38,250 nt of DNA from an uncultured Sphingomonas sp. (GCA_964594145.1 CAZQLI010000001.1:1-38250); one strand, 5' to 3'; positions 19,176 to 28,602 are shown, counted from the first letter of the stretch. Translations and numbers: made by a program. Notes: a model not told the origin generated them from the sequence alone.

Positions 19176-20158
19176 TCCTCGACCCGACAATTGCAAGCCG
19201 TTTCGCCGGCATCGCCCTCTCCCACGTGACGAAGGAATATCCGCACAAGCTCGACCATGTCCTGCTCGGTGACGATGATGCGAAGCCCCCGCACCTCCTC
19301 CATCCCATCTTCCATGGCAGCTTTGACTGGCACAGCTGCGTTCACGGCTGGTGGACGCTGCTCACATTGCACCGGCTCCATCCCGACCTTCCGGAGGCCG
19401 AAGCCATCTCGGCTCTCGCCCTTGCAAGCTTCACACCGGAGAAGGTGCAGGCAGAACTTGCCTATCTCGATCGACCGCTCTCCGCCGGGTTCGAGCGGCC
19501 CTATGGCTGGGGCTGGCTATTATATCTTCACCTCGAGGCGTCGCGGCACAAAGGGCCGATCGGCGATGCCCTGGAACCGCTCGCCCTTGCCTTCGCTGAT
19601 CGCCTGGCTTCCTACCTTGCCAAGCTCACCTACCCGATACGGGTGGGAACGCATTTCAACACGCCATTTGCGCTCATCCTCGCCCATCGCTGGGCCGAGC
19701 GGTTCGACCGTTCGCTCGCCGGGGTCATCGCCGGTTGGGCGGCCGAAAAATTTGAGGGCGACCGTGATTGCCAGGCCTGGGAGCCCGGCGGCGACGAGTT
19801 CTTGTCGCCTGCGCTTATCGAGGCGCTCTGCATGGCGACCGTGCTCGGCGAGCGTGATTTTGAAAGCTGGTTCGGGGATTTCCTCCCGCGCCTTGGCCAG
19901 CGCCAGCCCGAAACCCTGTTCCTGCCGGCCGTGGTCAGCGATCGCTCCGATGGCAAAATCGCGCATTTGGACGGCCTCAATCTCAGCCGCGCCTGGTGCT
20001 GGCGCTCAATCGCGCCGCGGCTCGCCGAGACGGAAAGGACCATCGTCGAAGAGGCCGCAGAGCAGCACCTGGCGGCTGCGCTGCCACATGTCTCAGGGGA
20101 TTATATGGGCGAGCATTGGCTTGCGAGCTTCGCGCTCCTCGCGATCCTGGCCGAATAG
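19172..20158 (+). CDS. DUF2891 domain protein
   Basis: ATGA overlap; EYPHKLDH, HPIFHGSFDWHSCVHGWW, FERPYGWGW, HLDGLNLSRAWC, DYMGEHWLASFA. Confidence 0.85.
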   Translation: MILDPTIASRFAGIALSHVTKEYPHKLDHVLLGDDDAKPPHLLHPIFHGSFDWHSCVHGWWTLLTLHRLHPDLPEAEAISALALASFTPEKVQAELAYLDRPLSAGFERPYGWGWLLYLHLEASRHKGPIGDALEPLALAFADRLASYLAKLTYPIRVGTHFNTPFALILAHRWAERFDRSLAGVIAGWAAEKFEGDRDCQAWEPGGDEFLSPALIEALCMATVLGERDFESWFGDFLPRLGQRQPETLFLPAVVSDRSDGKIAHLDGLNLSRAWCWRSIAPRLAETERTIVEEAAEQHLAAALPHVSGDYMGEHWLASFALLAILAE

Positions 20159-20251
20159 AGGAGAAAGGACCCCGTTTGCGAGGTTCCGGCATGGCTTATC
20201 GACTGGGACGATAATTGCACAAGCAATGCCCGGAAGGGTCGGGAGCGACGC

Positions 20252-20599
20252 CTATTCCGCGAAGATCGTCTCCGCACCACGTCGCTCGAAGGTGAGATTG
20301 ACAGACCGCTCGCCGGCTGGACGGGTGCGATGGATTGTTCCCGCCGGCACCGTTACAAATTGTCCCGCTTTCAGCACCACCTCGCCATCCTGAAACTCGA
20401 TGACCAGTTCGCCATCCACTCCAAAAAATGTTTCATCCGAATCCGGATGCTGGTGCCAGCGGAACTGCTCGGTCATGACACTCATCCGTATCTCATGATC
20501 GTTCACCTCGCCGAGCGACACATTTTCATAGGCTGCCCTAACTGCCCGGCTTAGAGCCATGGGATCGATCTTGGCGGGAAGGTCAACGGTCCTGGTCAT
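20252..20599 (-). CDS. Cupin domain protein
   Basis: WHQHPDSDETF and VPAGTIHRT cupin metal motifs. Confidence 0.85.
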   Translation of the reverse strand: MTRTVDLPAKIDPMALSRAVRAAYENVSLGEVNDHEIRMSVMTEQFRWHQHPDSDETFFGVDGELVIEFQDGEVVLKAGQFVTVPAGTIHRTRPAGERSVNLTFERRGAETIFAE

Positions 20600-20722
20600 G
20601 CTTCCGATTTACTCGAAAGGGCCCGGCGCCAACAATCATGCTGCCCAGGGCCTCGATAAGCACAGCTTATCTTCCGGCTAGCTGCGCCTGCAGGATATCG
20701 GCTCGAGCCGCGGTCGTGTGGG

Positions 20723-20798
20723 TGGTGCCGGATGCAGGGATCGAACCCGCGACCTTCGGTTTACAAAACCGCTGCTCTACCAGCTGAGCTAATCCGGC
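20723..20798 (-). tRNA. tRNA-Thr (anticodon TGT)
   Basis: GCCGGATTAGCTCAGCTGGTAGAGCAGCGGTTTTGTAAACCGAAGGTCGCGGGTTCGATCCCTGCATCCGGCACCA, 76 nt, CCA encoded. Confidence 0.97.
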
Positions 20799-20814
20799 CC
20801 GCGCCCCCTTTGCG

Positions 20815-21669
20815 TCAGACAATGCCGAACGTCCACCCCTCTGTTCGGGCCAGATCGTCGGTCAGCCCCGGCGGCGAGAAGGCGAGGGGGTTGGCAAGAT
20901 GCGCACGCATGCCCGCCGCGGTTACGAGCGCATCGCTCTGGTGGTCATTGGGTTCGAATTCCAGCAGGGCTGGCTTGCTGCCGAGACCCTCGAGCGCCTG
21001 GTCAAGCTCTGCTGCGCTGCGAAGCTTCTTCCCGCTCATCCCGGCCATTCGAAGATAAATGCGCGTGTAAATCTCGACCACTGCGCTGCCCTGCCCGGGG
21101 CTTCCGTCCATTGGCCAGATCGCGACCTTGCCGCTCAGGCGGTGAAGCAGGCGCATTCCTGAAAAGCTGGCCTTGGCGACCTGCGCGGCGCCAATTGCAT
21201 CATAGGCGCTGGCGGTCTTGCGGCCCCCTTGCGCATTGAGACGGGCGTCGCAGATGCGGAACCGGACGAAGTCCGACTTCACGCCGTCGGCAATACCGAA
21301 GTAGAAATGGCGCCGGTGCACTTCCTCGAGGAAGGAGGCGGCTCCAAGGTCCTCGTCATCGCTCTTCTTGTCGACATAGGCCCAGAATTGCCTGGCATTG
21401 TCGGGAATCCCGGTTTCTCCCGGGAGATAGGAGCCGCGCTCGGCGAAAGGAGGCGCGAAGCTGAAATCGAACCCGAACAGCGTCGGCTCTTCTTCTGCCC
21501 GCTCGAGCAGCCAGCCAAGCACTTCCTCGCGCGACCAGACATGGCCCGGCCGGACGAGGCGCGGGGCGTCCTCACCCCGCGCCTCTGCTATCGCTATTCC
21601 GCGATGTTTCCTGCCCTTGGCCCCGGACCAGTCGATCGCGACCGTCGAAGCGAAGCGCGGCGGGATCAC
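20815..21669 (-). CDS. Hypothetical protein with predicted RNase H-like nuclease fold (DUF429-like)
   Basis: AIDWSGA, GFDFSF, VEIY and DHQSDA acidic motifs; GTGA overlap with the upstream gene. Confidence 0.65.
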   Translation of the reverse strand: MIPPRFASTVAIDWSGAKGRKHRGIAIAEARGEDAPRLVRPGHVWSREEVLGWLLERAEEEPTLFGFDFSFAPPFAERGSYLPGETGIPDNARQFWAYVDKKSDDEDLGAASFLEEVHRRHFYFGIADGVKSDFVRFRICDARLNAQGGRKTASAYDAIGAAQVAKASFSGMRLLHRLSGKVAIWPMDGSPGQGSAVVEIYTRIYLRMAGMSGKKLRSAAELDQALEGLGSKPALLEFEPNDHQSDALVTAAGMRAHLANPLAFSPPGLTDDLARTEGWTFGIV

Positions 21670-22973
21670 ACCAGCGGCGGCTGGCTGTCCTCGTCCGGCG
21701 AGGACTTCTTCAGCCTCGGCGGCTGGGAACGGCGCGCCGGTGGCGGGACATTTCCATCATGCCATTCCTCGAGCAGCTTGGCGGCGTAATCGCGGCCACC
21801 GAGCCCGAACGCAATGGCGGTTGCGACCGCGGCCGAGCCCAGGATGAGGCCGAAGGCGAGCATCACGATCTGGTCGGCAAGGCCCATGAAGGTAAGGCCG
21901 ATTGCAGTGAACAGGGCGATGATCGAATATTTGACGATCGTCTGGGCGTAGCCGCCTTCGCCAGTCGATGTCCCGACCAGCCCGGCGAGGATCCTCGCCA
22001 GGACAAAGCCGACGACGATGATCACGGTCCCGAAGATCACCTTGCCGCCGAGCTCGGTGACCTGGATCACCAGCGCCGCGGTATTGTCTCCTCCGAGGCG
22101 ATGGAGCGCCTCGATGCCGGCGAGCAGCAGGAGAGCGGTCATGGCAATCGCTCCCGCCACCTTCGATGGCGAGACGTTGCGCGGCATCGCGCCGAGGGAG
22201 TGGATGAAATTGTCGAACCCGAGGCTCGGCAGAACCGTCTCGATGAGGCTCTTGACCCAGCGTGCAATGAGGAAGGCAATCGCTAGCCAGAGAAGCGCCG
22301 CCAGCACGTTGGGGATGGCGAGCGCGATCATGTTGAGCATGTTCTTGGCCGGCTCGGACACTGCCTGGATCTGCAATATGTCGAGCGAGGCGATCGCCGC
22401 GAAGATGATGATCACTGCAGAGACCGTCATCCCGACGGCCTTGGCGATGGTGCTCCGGGCAGGTGCCACGCCTTCCGTGGCGGTGCCGTCGCTGTCGACC
22501 GCGACCGGTGCTTCGCCAAGCTTCAGCCCGGCACGACCGGCGAGCCGTTCGAGGTTGAGCGCGCCAAGCGCCGCCTCGACGATGTGCCGGACGATCCTTG
22601 CGAGGATGAGACCGGCAAAGAAGAACAGCCCGGCGCCAAGCAGCCGTGGAAGGAAGGCGAACACCTCGTTGGTGAGGGCCGTCACCGGCGTAAGGACGCC
22701 CGACAGGCCGAGCGGCTGGAGCGCGGCGATGAGCCCGACCAGCCAGACCAGCCAATAGGCGAGCCTTCCAAGCTCGGTCCCGATGCTGTCGCCACCGACG
22801 TCGGGATGCCGCTTCAGCACCGGCACGCGGTCGATGAGCTTGGCAATCCCCCACTGCACCGCCTTGGCGACGAAGTGGGTGACGATCAGGATGAGGATTG
22901 CGAACAGGACCCTCGGGCCCCACTCGACGAGCTGCTGCTGCCAGTAATGGGCGGGTTCGGTGTTCTGGTACAT
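21666..22973 (-). CDS. CmpX/TM_helix-repeat mechanosensitive channel-like membrane protein
   Basis: Repeated P(R/N)(V/L)L.A helices and C-terminal AVATAIAFGLGGRDYAAKLLE. Confidence 0.8.
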   Translation of the reverse strand: MYQNTEPAHYWQQQLVEWGPRVLFAILILIVTHFVAKAVQWGIAKLIDRVPVLKRHPDVGGDSIGTELGRLAYWLVWLVGLIAALQPLGLSGVLTPVTALTNEVFAFLPRLLGAGLFFFAGLILARIVRHIVEAALGALNLERLAGRAGLKLGEAPVAVDSDGTATEGVAPARSTIAKAVGMTVSAVIIIFAAIASLDILQIQAVSEPAKNMLNMIALAIPNVLAALLWLAIAFLIARWVKSLIETVLPSLGFDNFIHSLGAMPRNVSPSKVAGAIAMTALLLLAGIEALHRLGGDNTAALVIQVTELGGKVIFGTVIIVVGFVLARILAGLVGTSTGEGGYAQTIVKYSIIALFTAIGLTFMGLADQIVMLAFGLILGSAAVATAIAFGLGGRDYAAKLLEEWHDGNVPPPARRSQPPRLKKSSPDEDSQPPLV

Positions 22974-22985
22974 CAGTCTACTCCC

Positions 22986-24314
22986 CTATTCCTCGCCGCG
23001 TCTTTTTCGGCGCATCTGGTCCCAATGGGCAAGTCTTTCGGCAACCCTTGCCTCAAATCCCCGGCCGGTCGGCCGGTAGAAAGTCTCCGGCTCCATCTCC
23101 GTCGGCCAGTAATCGGCCCCTGAAAATCCTTCCTCGGCGTCATGGTCATACTGGTAACCGGCGCCATAGCCGATCTGTTTCATGAGCTTGGTCGGCGCAT
23201 TGAGGATCGAGCTCGGGGGCATCAGCGAACCGGTTTGCGCGGCCGAACGCCAGGCCGCCTTCTGGGCCTTGTATGCCGCGTTGGATTTGGGGGCGGTCGC
23301 GAGATAGAGGCAGGCCTGGACAAGGGCGAGTTCTCCCTCGGGCGATCCCAGGAAATCATAGGCATCCTTGGCGGCGAGGCACTGGACCAGCGCGTTGGGG
23401 TCGGCAAGGCCGATGTCCTCGACCGCTGCCCGGACCAGCCGCCGAAGGACGAACAGCGGCTCTTCTCCGGCGACCAGCATCCGCGCGAGATAATAGAGCG
23501 CGGCCTGGGGATCCGAGCCCCGGATCGACTTGTGGAGCGCGGAAATGAGGTTGTAGTGGCCCTCGCGGTCCTTGTCGTAGACCGCGACACGCCGCTGGAG
23601 GAACGATGCCAGCCCGGCCGGGTCAAGGGGCTTGTCGAGGCCGACGTCGAACAGGGTTTCGGCCTGGTTGAGAAGGAAGCGGCCGTCGCCGTCGGCGCTC
23701 GCCACCAGGGCTTCGCGCGCCTCGCCTGTCAGCGGCAGCTCCTGTCCAACCAGAGCCTCGGCCCGGCCGAGAAGGCTCTGGAGCGCGCTGCTGTCGAGCC
23801 GGTGGAGGATGAGGACCTGGCAGCGCGACAGCAGCGCGGCATTGAGCTCGAAGCTGGGATTCTCGGTCGTCGCACCGACGAGCGTGATGGTCCCGTCTTC
23901 GACATAGGGGAGAAAGCCGTCCTGCTGCGAGCGATTGAACCGGTGGATCTCGTCCACGAAAAGAAGCGTCCGCTTGCCTGCCCGGGCCGCGACCTTGGCT
24001 TCCGCGAAAAGCTTCTTGAGGTCGGCAACCCCGGAAAAGACTGCCGAGAGAGCGACGAAACGAAGGCCGACCGCGTCGGCGAGAAGCCGGGCAATGCTGG
24101 TCTTGCCGGTCCCCGGCGGACCCCAGAGGATCATCGACGAGAGCTTCCCGGCGGCGACCATCCGGCCGATCGCGCCCTCGGGACCGGTCAGATGCTCCTG
24201 GCCGACGACCTCGTCGAGCGAGGACGGCCGGAGCCGGTCGGCTAGCGGCGCGTGGGCCGACACCTCTTCCTGGGGGGTGCCGGGCGGCAGTTCGTCGGCA
24301 AAAAGATCGGCCAT
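22986..24314 (-). CDS. rarA: Replication-associated recombination protein A (AAA+ ATPase, MgsA)
   Basis: PLADRLRP, GPPGTGKT, DEIHRFN, GATTENPSF, ISALHKSIRGSDP, EDIGLADP, APKSN. Confidence 0.95.
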   Translation of the reverse strand: MADLFADELPPGTPQEEVSAHAPLADRLRPSSLDEVVGQEHLTGPEGAIGRMVAAGKLSSMILWGPPGTGKTSIARLLADAVGLRFVALSAVFSGVADLKKLFAEAKVAARAGKRTLLFVDEIHRFNRSQQDGFLPYVEDGTITLVGATTENPSFELNAALLSRCQVLILHRLDSSALQSLLGRAEALVGQELPLTGEAREALVASADGDGRFLLNQAETLFDVGLDKPLDPAGLASFLQRRVAVYDKDREGHYNLISALHKSIRGSDPQAALYYLARMLVAGEEPLFVLRRLVRAAVEDIGLADPNALVQCLAAKDAYDFLGSPEGELALVQACLYLATAPKSNAAYKAQKAAWRSAAQTGSLMPPSSILNAPTKLMKQIGYGAGYQYDHDAEEGFSGADYWPTEMEPETFYRPTGRGFEARVAERLAHWDQMRRKRRGEE

Positions 24315-24372
24315 CGGTCGCTGGAATAGGCGGCTTCGTCGAAAGTTGCATCAATCCTTGTCGTCGATGCAT

Positions 24373-24388
24373 CTAAGATATATCTTAG
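24373..24388. promoter_or_regulatory. Perfect 16-bp palindrome, probable PadR autoregulatory operator
   Basis: CTAAGATA-TATCTTAG overlaps the -10 of TTGTCG-N17-TATCTT. Confidence 0.7.
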
Positions 24389-24411
24389 CCATATCGCAGA
24401 GGAGAATTAAG

Positions 24412-25041
24412 ATGCATCGCCATCATGGTTGTGAAGGAAGGTCCCACCGCTTTGCCGGTAGTGGACGGAGCTTCGGATTTGGTCCGGGCGGCTTCTATTT
24501 TGATTTTGGTGACGGCCCGGGCCGCCACGGTGGTGGCGGCAGGCGCGGCCGCGACCGGAAGCGGATGTTCGAGGGCGGCGAGCTCCGCCTCGTCCTGCTC
24601 CGGCTGATCGCTGACGAGCCGCGCCATGGCTATGAGCTCATCAAGGCCATCGAGGAGATGACCGAGGGCGAATATGCGCCGAGCCCCGGCATCGTTTACC
24701 CAACGCTCACCATGCTCGAAGACATGGGCCTGATCGAGGAGGCCAAGTCAGCCGATACGAAGAAGGTCTATGAGGCGACGGACGATGGCCGGGCGCACCT
24801 CGAGGAAAATTCCGACGAGGTGGACGAGCTGATCGAGCGGCTCGAAGGGCATGGCCGTCACCGTCGCCGCGGACAGCGGCCCGAGATCGGCCGGGCGATC
24901 GGTAACCTGATGACGGCGCTTCGCAACCGGGTTGCCGAGGAAGGCTGGAACGAGAAGCTCCTCGACGAGGTCGTCGATATCCTCGACGAGGCCGCCCAGC
25001 GGATCGAGCGCGTCAGGGACGCGAAGGGAAAAGCCGATTGA
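24412..25041 (+). CDS. PadR family transcriptional regulator (YqjI-like)
   Basis: RBS GGAG; His/Gly/Arg-rich N-terminus; GELRLVLL..PRHGYELIKAIE..YAPSPGIVYPTL. Confidence 0.9.
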   Translation: MHRHHGCEGRSHRFAGSGRSFGFGPGGFYFDFGDGPGRHGGGGRRGRDRKRMFEGGELRLVLLRLIADEPRHGYELIKAIEEMTEGEYAPSPGIVYPTLTMLEDMGLIEEAKSADTKKVYEATDDGRAHLEENSDEVDELIERLEGHGRHRRRGQRPEIGRAIGNLMTALRNRVAEEGWNEKLLDEVVDILDEAAQRIERVRDAKGKAD

Positions 25042-26188
25042 TCTTGCGCCGCCGCTCGATGACCTTTTCATAAAGGCGCATCACGGCGGCGTTGATCTCG
25101 TCCCAGTCCATGCTCTTGGCAAACTCAAGGCCGGCCGCACCGTGCTTGTCCCGAAGCGCGGGGTCACGCTGGTAGGCTGCAAGCGCACGGGCGAAAGCGT
25201 CGATATCGCCGGGCTCGGACAGGGTTCCGGTCACCCCGTCCTGGACGAGGCTGGTTGCTCCCGAAGCTACCGCGGCGACCACCGGCAGCCTCGAGGCCAT
25301 GGCCTCGAGCGTCACGTTTCCGAAAGTCTCGGTGATCGAGGGATTGAGAAAGACATCGGTGGAAGCAAGCGCCGTTGCGAGCTCGGTCCCGGTCAGCTGC
25401 CCGGTGAAGATTGCACCGGGCAGCCGGCGTTCGAAAAATTCCCGGGCTGGTCCGTCACCGATCGCCACGACCTTTAGCGGGACGCCCATCGCCCGGGCTG
25501 CATCGATCGCGTCGGAAAAAACATCTAGGCCCTTCTCGAGCACCAGCCGCCCGAGAAAGGAGACGACCATCTCGTCGTCGCCGATCCCGTTCGAGCGCCG
25601 CCATTCGAGGCTTCGGCGCCCGGGATTGAACTGGTCCCGGTCAACACCGCGCGCCCAGATGGAAATGTCCCGGTTCATTCGCTGGGCGCGCATGATCGCC
25701 GCGGTCGATTCCGCCGGAACCACGATCGCGTCGCAGCGCCGGTAATAGCGCCGCATGATTGCCCGGGCGACCGGCTCCAGCCACTTCAGGTTGTAATATT
25801 GAAGATAGGTGTCGAACCGGGTGTGGACCGAGGAGACGACCGGAATCTTGCGCCTCCGCGCCCAGCTGACCGCGCGGTGGGCGACGATATCGGGGGCCGC
25901 GACATGGACGACATTGGGATTGAACTCGGCAATGTCGCGCCGGACGCTGGCCGGCATTCGAAGCGCCAGCCGATATTCCGGGCGGCCGGGTATCGCCATC
26001 GAGGGTACGCTCACCAGGTCGCCGGTCGGCGGGAAGGCAGGCGTTTCCACGGTCGGCGCGTAGACACGGACGTTGGCGCCCTGGCGGAGCAAATAGCCGA
26101 CGAGCCGGTTCAACGCCTGGTTGGCACCATCGCGAACATAGTTGTAGTTACCCGAAAAAAGGGCGATCCGGAGATCTTCAGGCTTCAT
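25013..26188 (-). CDS. Glycosyltransferase family 4
   Basis: RIALFSGNYNYVRDG, HTRF, GRLVLEKG, ETFGNVTLEAMAS; 3' end overlaps padR by 29 bp. Confidence 0.9.
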   Translation of the reverse strand: MKPEDLRIALFSGNYNYVRDGANQALNRLVGYLLRQGANVRVYAPTVETPAFPPTGDLVSVPSMAIPGRPEYRLALRMPASVRRDIAEFNPNVVHVAAPDIVAHRAVSWARRRKIPVVSSVHTRFDTYLQYYNLKWLEPVARAIMRRYYRRCDAIVVPAESTAAIMRAQRMNRDISIWARGVDRDQFNPGRRSLEWRRSNGIGDDEMVVSFLGRLVLEKGLDVFSDAIDAARAMGVPLKVVAIGDGPAREFFERRLPGAIFTGQLTGTELATALASTDVFLNPSITETFGNVTLEAMASRLPVVAAVASGATSLVQDGVTGTLSEPGDIDAFARALAAYQRDPALRDKHGAAGLEFAKSMDWDEINAAVMRLYEKVIERRRKINRLFPSRP

Positions 26189-26259
26189 CGTGCCCGCCTG
26201 TAGCGGCAGGAAAGCTCCCGCTGCAACCACTGGAGGCTTCGATATCCGTCAAACGCTCC

Positions 26260-26736
26260 ATGGCGCCCGCAGGATCGAGTGACGCCAAGCTGCTGATCCT
26301 TGGAAGCCTGCCAGGCGAAGCCTCGCTGAGGGCGCAGCAATATTATGCCCATCCGAGGAACCAGTTCTGGCGGCTCGTCGGCGCCGCGATCGGCGAGGAT
26401 CTCGCCAGTCTCGACTATGCAGGGAAGCTCGAACGGCTGGCGGCGAACGGCATCGCGCTATGGGACGTGGTCGAGACTGCATTGCGCGAGGGCAGCCTCG
26501 ATGGAGCAATCCGCAGCCCCCTGGCCAATCCGCTTCGCGAGTTCGTCGCCGCCCACCCGCGGCTCCAGGCCATCGCTTTCAACGGCCAGACCGCATCGCG
26601 GCTGGGGCGCCTGGCACTCGCCGATCTCGAGGGACCGCTGTTGATCGACCTTCCCTCCTCGAGCCCCGCCTACACGCTCCCCTTTGCCTGGAAGGCCGAG
26701 CGCTGGTCACAGCTCGGCCGGTTTGCAAGCAGGTGA
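26260..26736 (+). CDS. DNA-deoxyinosine glycosylase (UDG family 6)
   Basis: LILGSLPGEASL..QQYYAHPRNQFW, GIALWDV, GSLD, FNG, LPSSSPA. True start may be ATA at 26242. Confidence 0.88.
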   Translation: MAPAGSSDAKLLILGSLPGEASLRAQQYYAHPRNQFWRLVGAAIGEDLASLDYAGKLERLAANGIALWDVVETALREGSLDGAIRSPLANPLREFVAAHPRLQAIAFNGQTASRLGRLALADLEGPLLIDLPSSSPAYTLPFAWKAERWSQLGRFASR

Positions 26737-26756
26737 GAAACTGCCACATTGAGGCG

Positions 26757-27050
26757 ATGACCGACACGATCGACGAAGACAATGACCGCCAGCTGACCAT
26801 CGTCGACGAGGCCCTGGTCGCAGGCAACATCGCCAACACCAATGGACTGCTCGTCATCCTCGCGAGGCTGGTTGCCAAGGGCATCTTCGATGCCGAGGAT
26901 CTCCATGCCTTCTCCGACAGCTATTCAAAGCCGCTGGACCATGAAAACATGCGCGAGAACGAGCTGATCAGCCAGATGCAGGACCAGATGGAAGCGACGC
27001 TGGCACAGCTGATGCATTTCCTCTCGGACAAGGGCAGTTCCGAACGCTGA
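26757..27050 (+). CDS. Hypothetical acidic protein (97 aa)
   Basis: MTDTIDEDNDRQ...; codon usage looks genuine and it fills the gap between genes. Confidence 0.7.
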   Translation: MTDTIDEDNDRQLTIVDEALVAGNIANTNGLLVILARLVAKGIFDAEDLHAFSDSYSKPLDHENMRENELISQMQDQMEATLAQLMHFLSDKGSSER

Positions 27051-27069
27051 GGCGGCGGCCCGGCGAGGA

Positions 27070-27567
27070 CTATCCGTCGGAAAAAGCGGGGTGGTAACTG
27101 ACCGTTCCGGACACCGGCGCCCCGGCGAAGTTGATCCACTGGAAATAGGGAGCAGGCGCATCGGGATAGCGAAGCCCGTCGCCCCCACTGAAGCCGAAGC
27201 GACCATAATAGGCCGGTTCCCCAAGCACCACGCAGCCCTCGGCGCCGCTCGACCGGAGCAGCTCCAGTCCGCGGCCAATCAGCGCCGAGCCAATGCCCTC
27301 GCCCTGCCGGTCGGGCCTGACCGACACCGGGCCAAGGCCGAACCATTGGCCCTCCCGGCAATCGATCTTCACCGGGGAAAAGGCGACATGGCCGACGATC
27401 GCGCCATCATCGATGGCAACGAGTGACAGGCTAAGGGCGCCGGCGCGTCGAAGGGCATCGATGATTGCCGCTTCCGTCCTGCTGCTATGCTCGGCATGTT
27501 CGAAGGCAGCAGTGGTGAGGCTGCGGATGGCATCGACATGTCCGGGGCGCTCGGCGCTGATCTCCAT
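27070..27567 (-). CDS. GNAT N-acetyltransferase (YhbS-like)
   Basis: GHVAFSPV, LGPVSVRPDRQGEGIGSALI, VLGEPAYYGRFGF. Confidence 0.88.
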   Translation of the reverse strand: MEISAERPGHVDAIRSLTTAAFEHAEHSSRTEAAIIDALRRAGALSLSLVAIDDGAIVGHVAFSPVKIDCREGQWFGLGPVSVRPDRQGEGIGSALIGRGLELLRSSGAEGCVVLGEPAYYGRFGFSGGDGLRYPDAPAPYFQWINFAGAPVSGTVSYHPAFSDG

Positions 27568-27686
27568 CGGCTTCTCACGATCTGGGACAGGCGCTTGGCG
27601 CCGGCCGGGGATTGTGTTGTCACGGCTTTTGGCCGTCAATGGCCTGCCGTGCCATTCGAGGGTGAGTGGAAGGGGAAATGCCCGCG

Positions 27687-27711
27687 GGAACTTTTCGTAG
27701 TGGCATGGGTC
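27687..27711 (+). promoter_or_regulatory. Possible sigma-EcfG-like promoter of usp
   Basis: GGAAC-N16-GGTC just upstream of the AGGAGG RBS; the -10 is degenerate. Confidence 0.3.
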
Positions 27712-27732
27712 CCGTTTGCAATAGGAGGAGCT

Positions 27733-28602
27733 ATGGGCAGGATTCTGGTCGCAACGGATTTTTCCTCCCGGTCGGACCGGGCACTCCGCCGGGCCGTGCT
27801 CGAAGCCGGCCGGCTTGGTGCCGACCTGACACTCGTCCATGTCATCGACGACGACCATCCAGCCTATATGATCGAACGGCAACGCGAGGTTGCCGAGGAA
27901 CTGCTCGGGGAAGCGGTTCGCACCCTTGCCGACGTCGACATGGTGCAGGCGGACAAGCTCATCAGCACTGGCGATGCCTTCGCAGCGATCCTCGAAGCCG
28001 CTGAATCCATCGATGCGGACATCATCGTCATTGGCCCCCATCGCCCCCGCCTTTCCGACATGATCTTCGGAACGACCGCCCAACGGACCATCGCGGGCAG
28101 CAGCCGCCCGGTACTCGTCGCCAATGCCATGCCGTCAGGCCCCTACCGCCGCATCCTGCTGGCAATCGACAAGGACGAGGCATCCAGGGAAGCAGCGCTG
28201 GCGGCGCAGCGACTTGGAATGTTCGGAGCTGCGCAGCTCCTCACCCTCCATGTCTTCGACGCCCCTGCGCTCGGAATGATGCAGCGCGCGATGGAGGTCC
28301 CCGAAGCCATCGACCATTATGTGTCGAACGAGGAGCAAAGGGCGAGCGCCGGGTTCGGCGAGTTTCTTGCCGGGCTCGGGCTTCCTCCGTCCAAGCAGAT
28401 GTTGCGGCCCGACCGGGGATCGCCGGCCCATGCCATTCTCGCCTGCGCCGAGGAGGAAGCCGCCGACCTTATCCTGGTCGGGTCGGGCAAGCGCAGCGGC
28501 GTCGAAAGACTGCTGGTCCGAAGCGTGGCGCAGGAGCTGCTCCGCGAATCCCAACGGGATTTGCTGGTCGTTCCGGTCGTTGAGAGTGACAGTCAGGACT
28601 AG
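27733..28602 (+). CDS. Tandem-domain universal stress protein
   Basis: RBS AGGAGG; RILVATDFS, ADIIVIG..FGTTA; second domain ADLILVGS..SVAQELLR..DLLVVP. Confidence 0.9.
   Translation: MGRILVATDFSSRSDRALRRAVLEAGRLGADLTLVHVIDDDHPAYMIERQREVAEELLGEAVRTLADVDMVQADKLISTGDAFAAILEAAESIDADIIVIGPHRPRLSDMIFGTTAQRTIAGSSRPVLVANAMPSGPYRRILLAIDKDEASREAALAAQRLGMFGAAQLLTLHVFDAPALGMMQRAMEVPEAIDHYVSNEEQRASAGFGEFLAGLGLPPSKQMLRPDRGSPAHAILACAEEEAADLILVGSGKRSGVERLLVRSVAQELLRESQRDLLVVPVVESDSQD

Noticed and set aside
20183-20235. Imperfect long hairpin TTCCGGCAT...ATGCCCGGAA
   Set aside because: Lies between convergent genes and is most simply a terminator-like structure; no promoter or other support.
20252-20798. 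Possible genomic island integrated at tRNA-Thr
   Set aside because: I saw no integrase and no duplicated tRNA 3' end; only a single cupin gene lies downstream.
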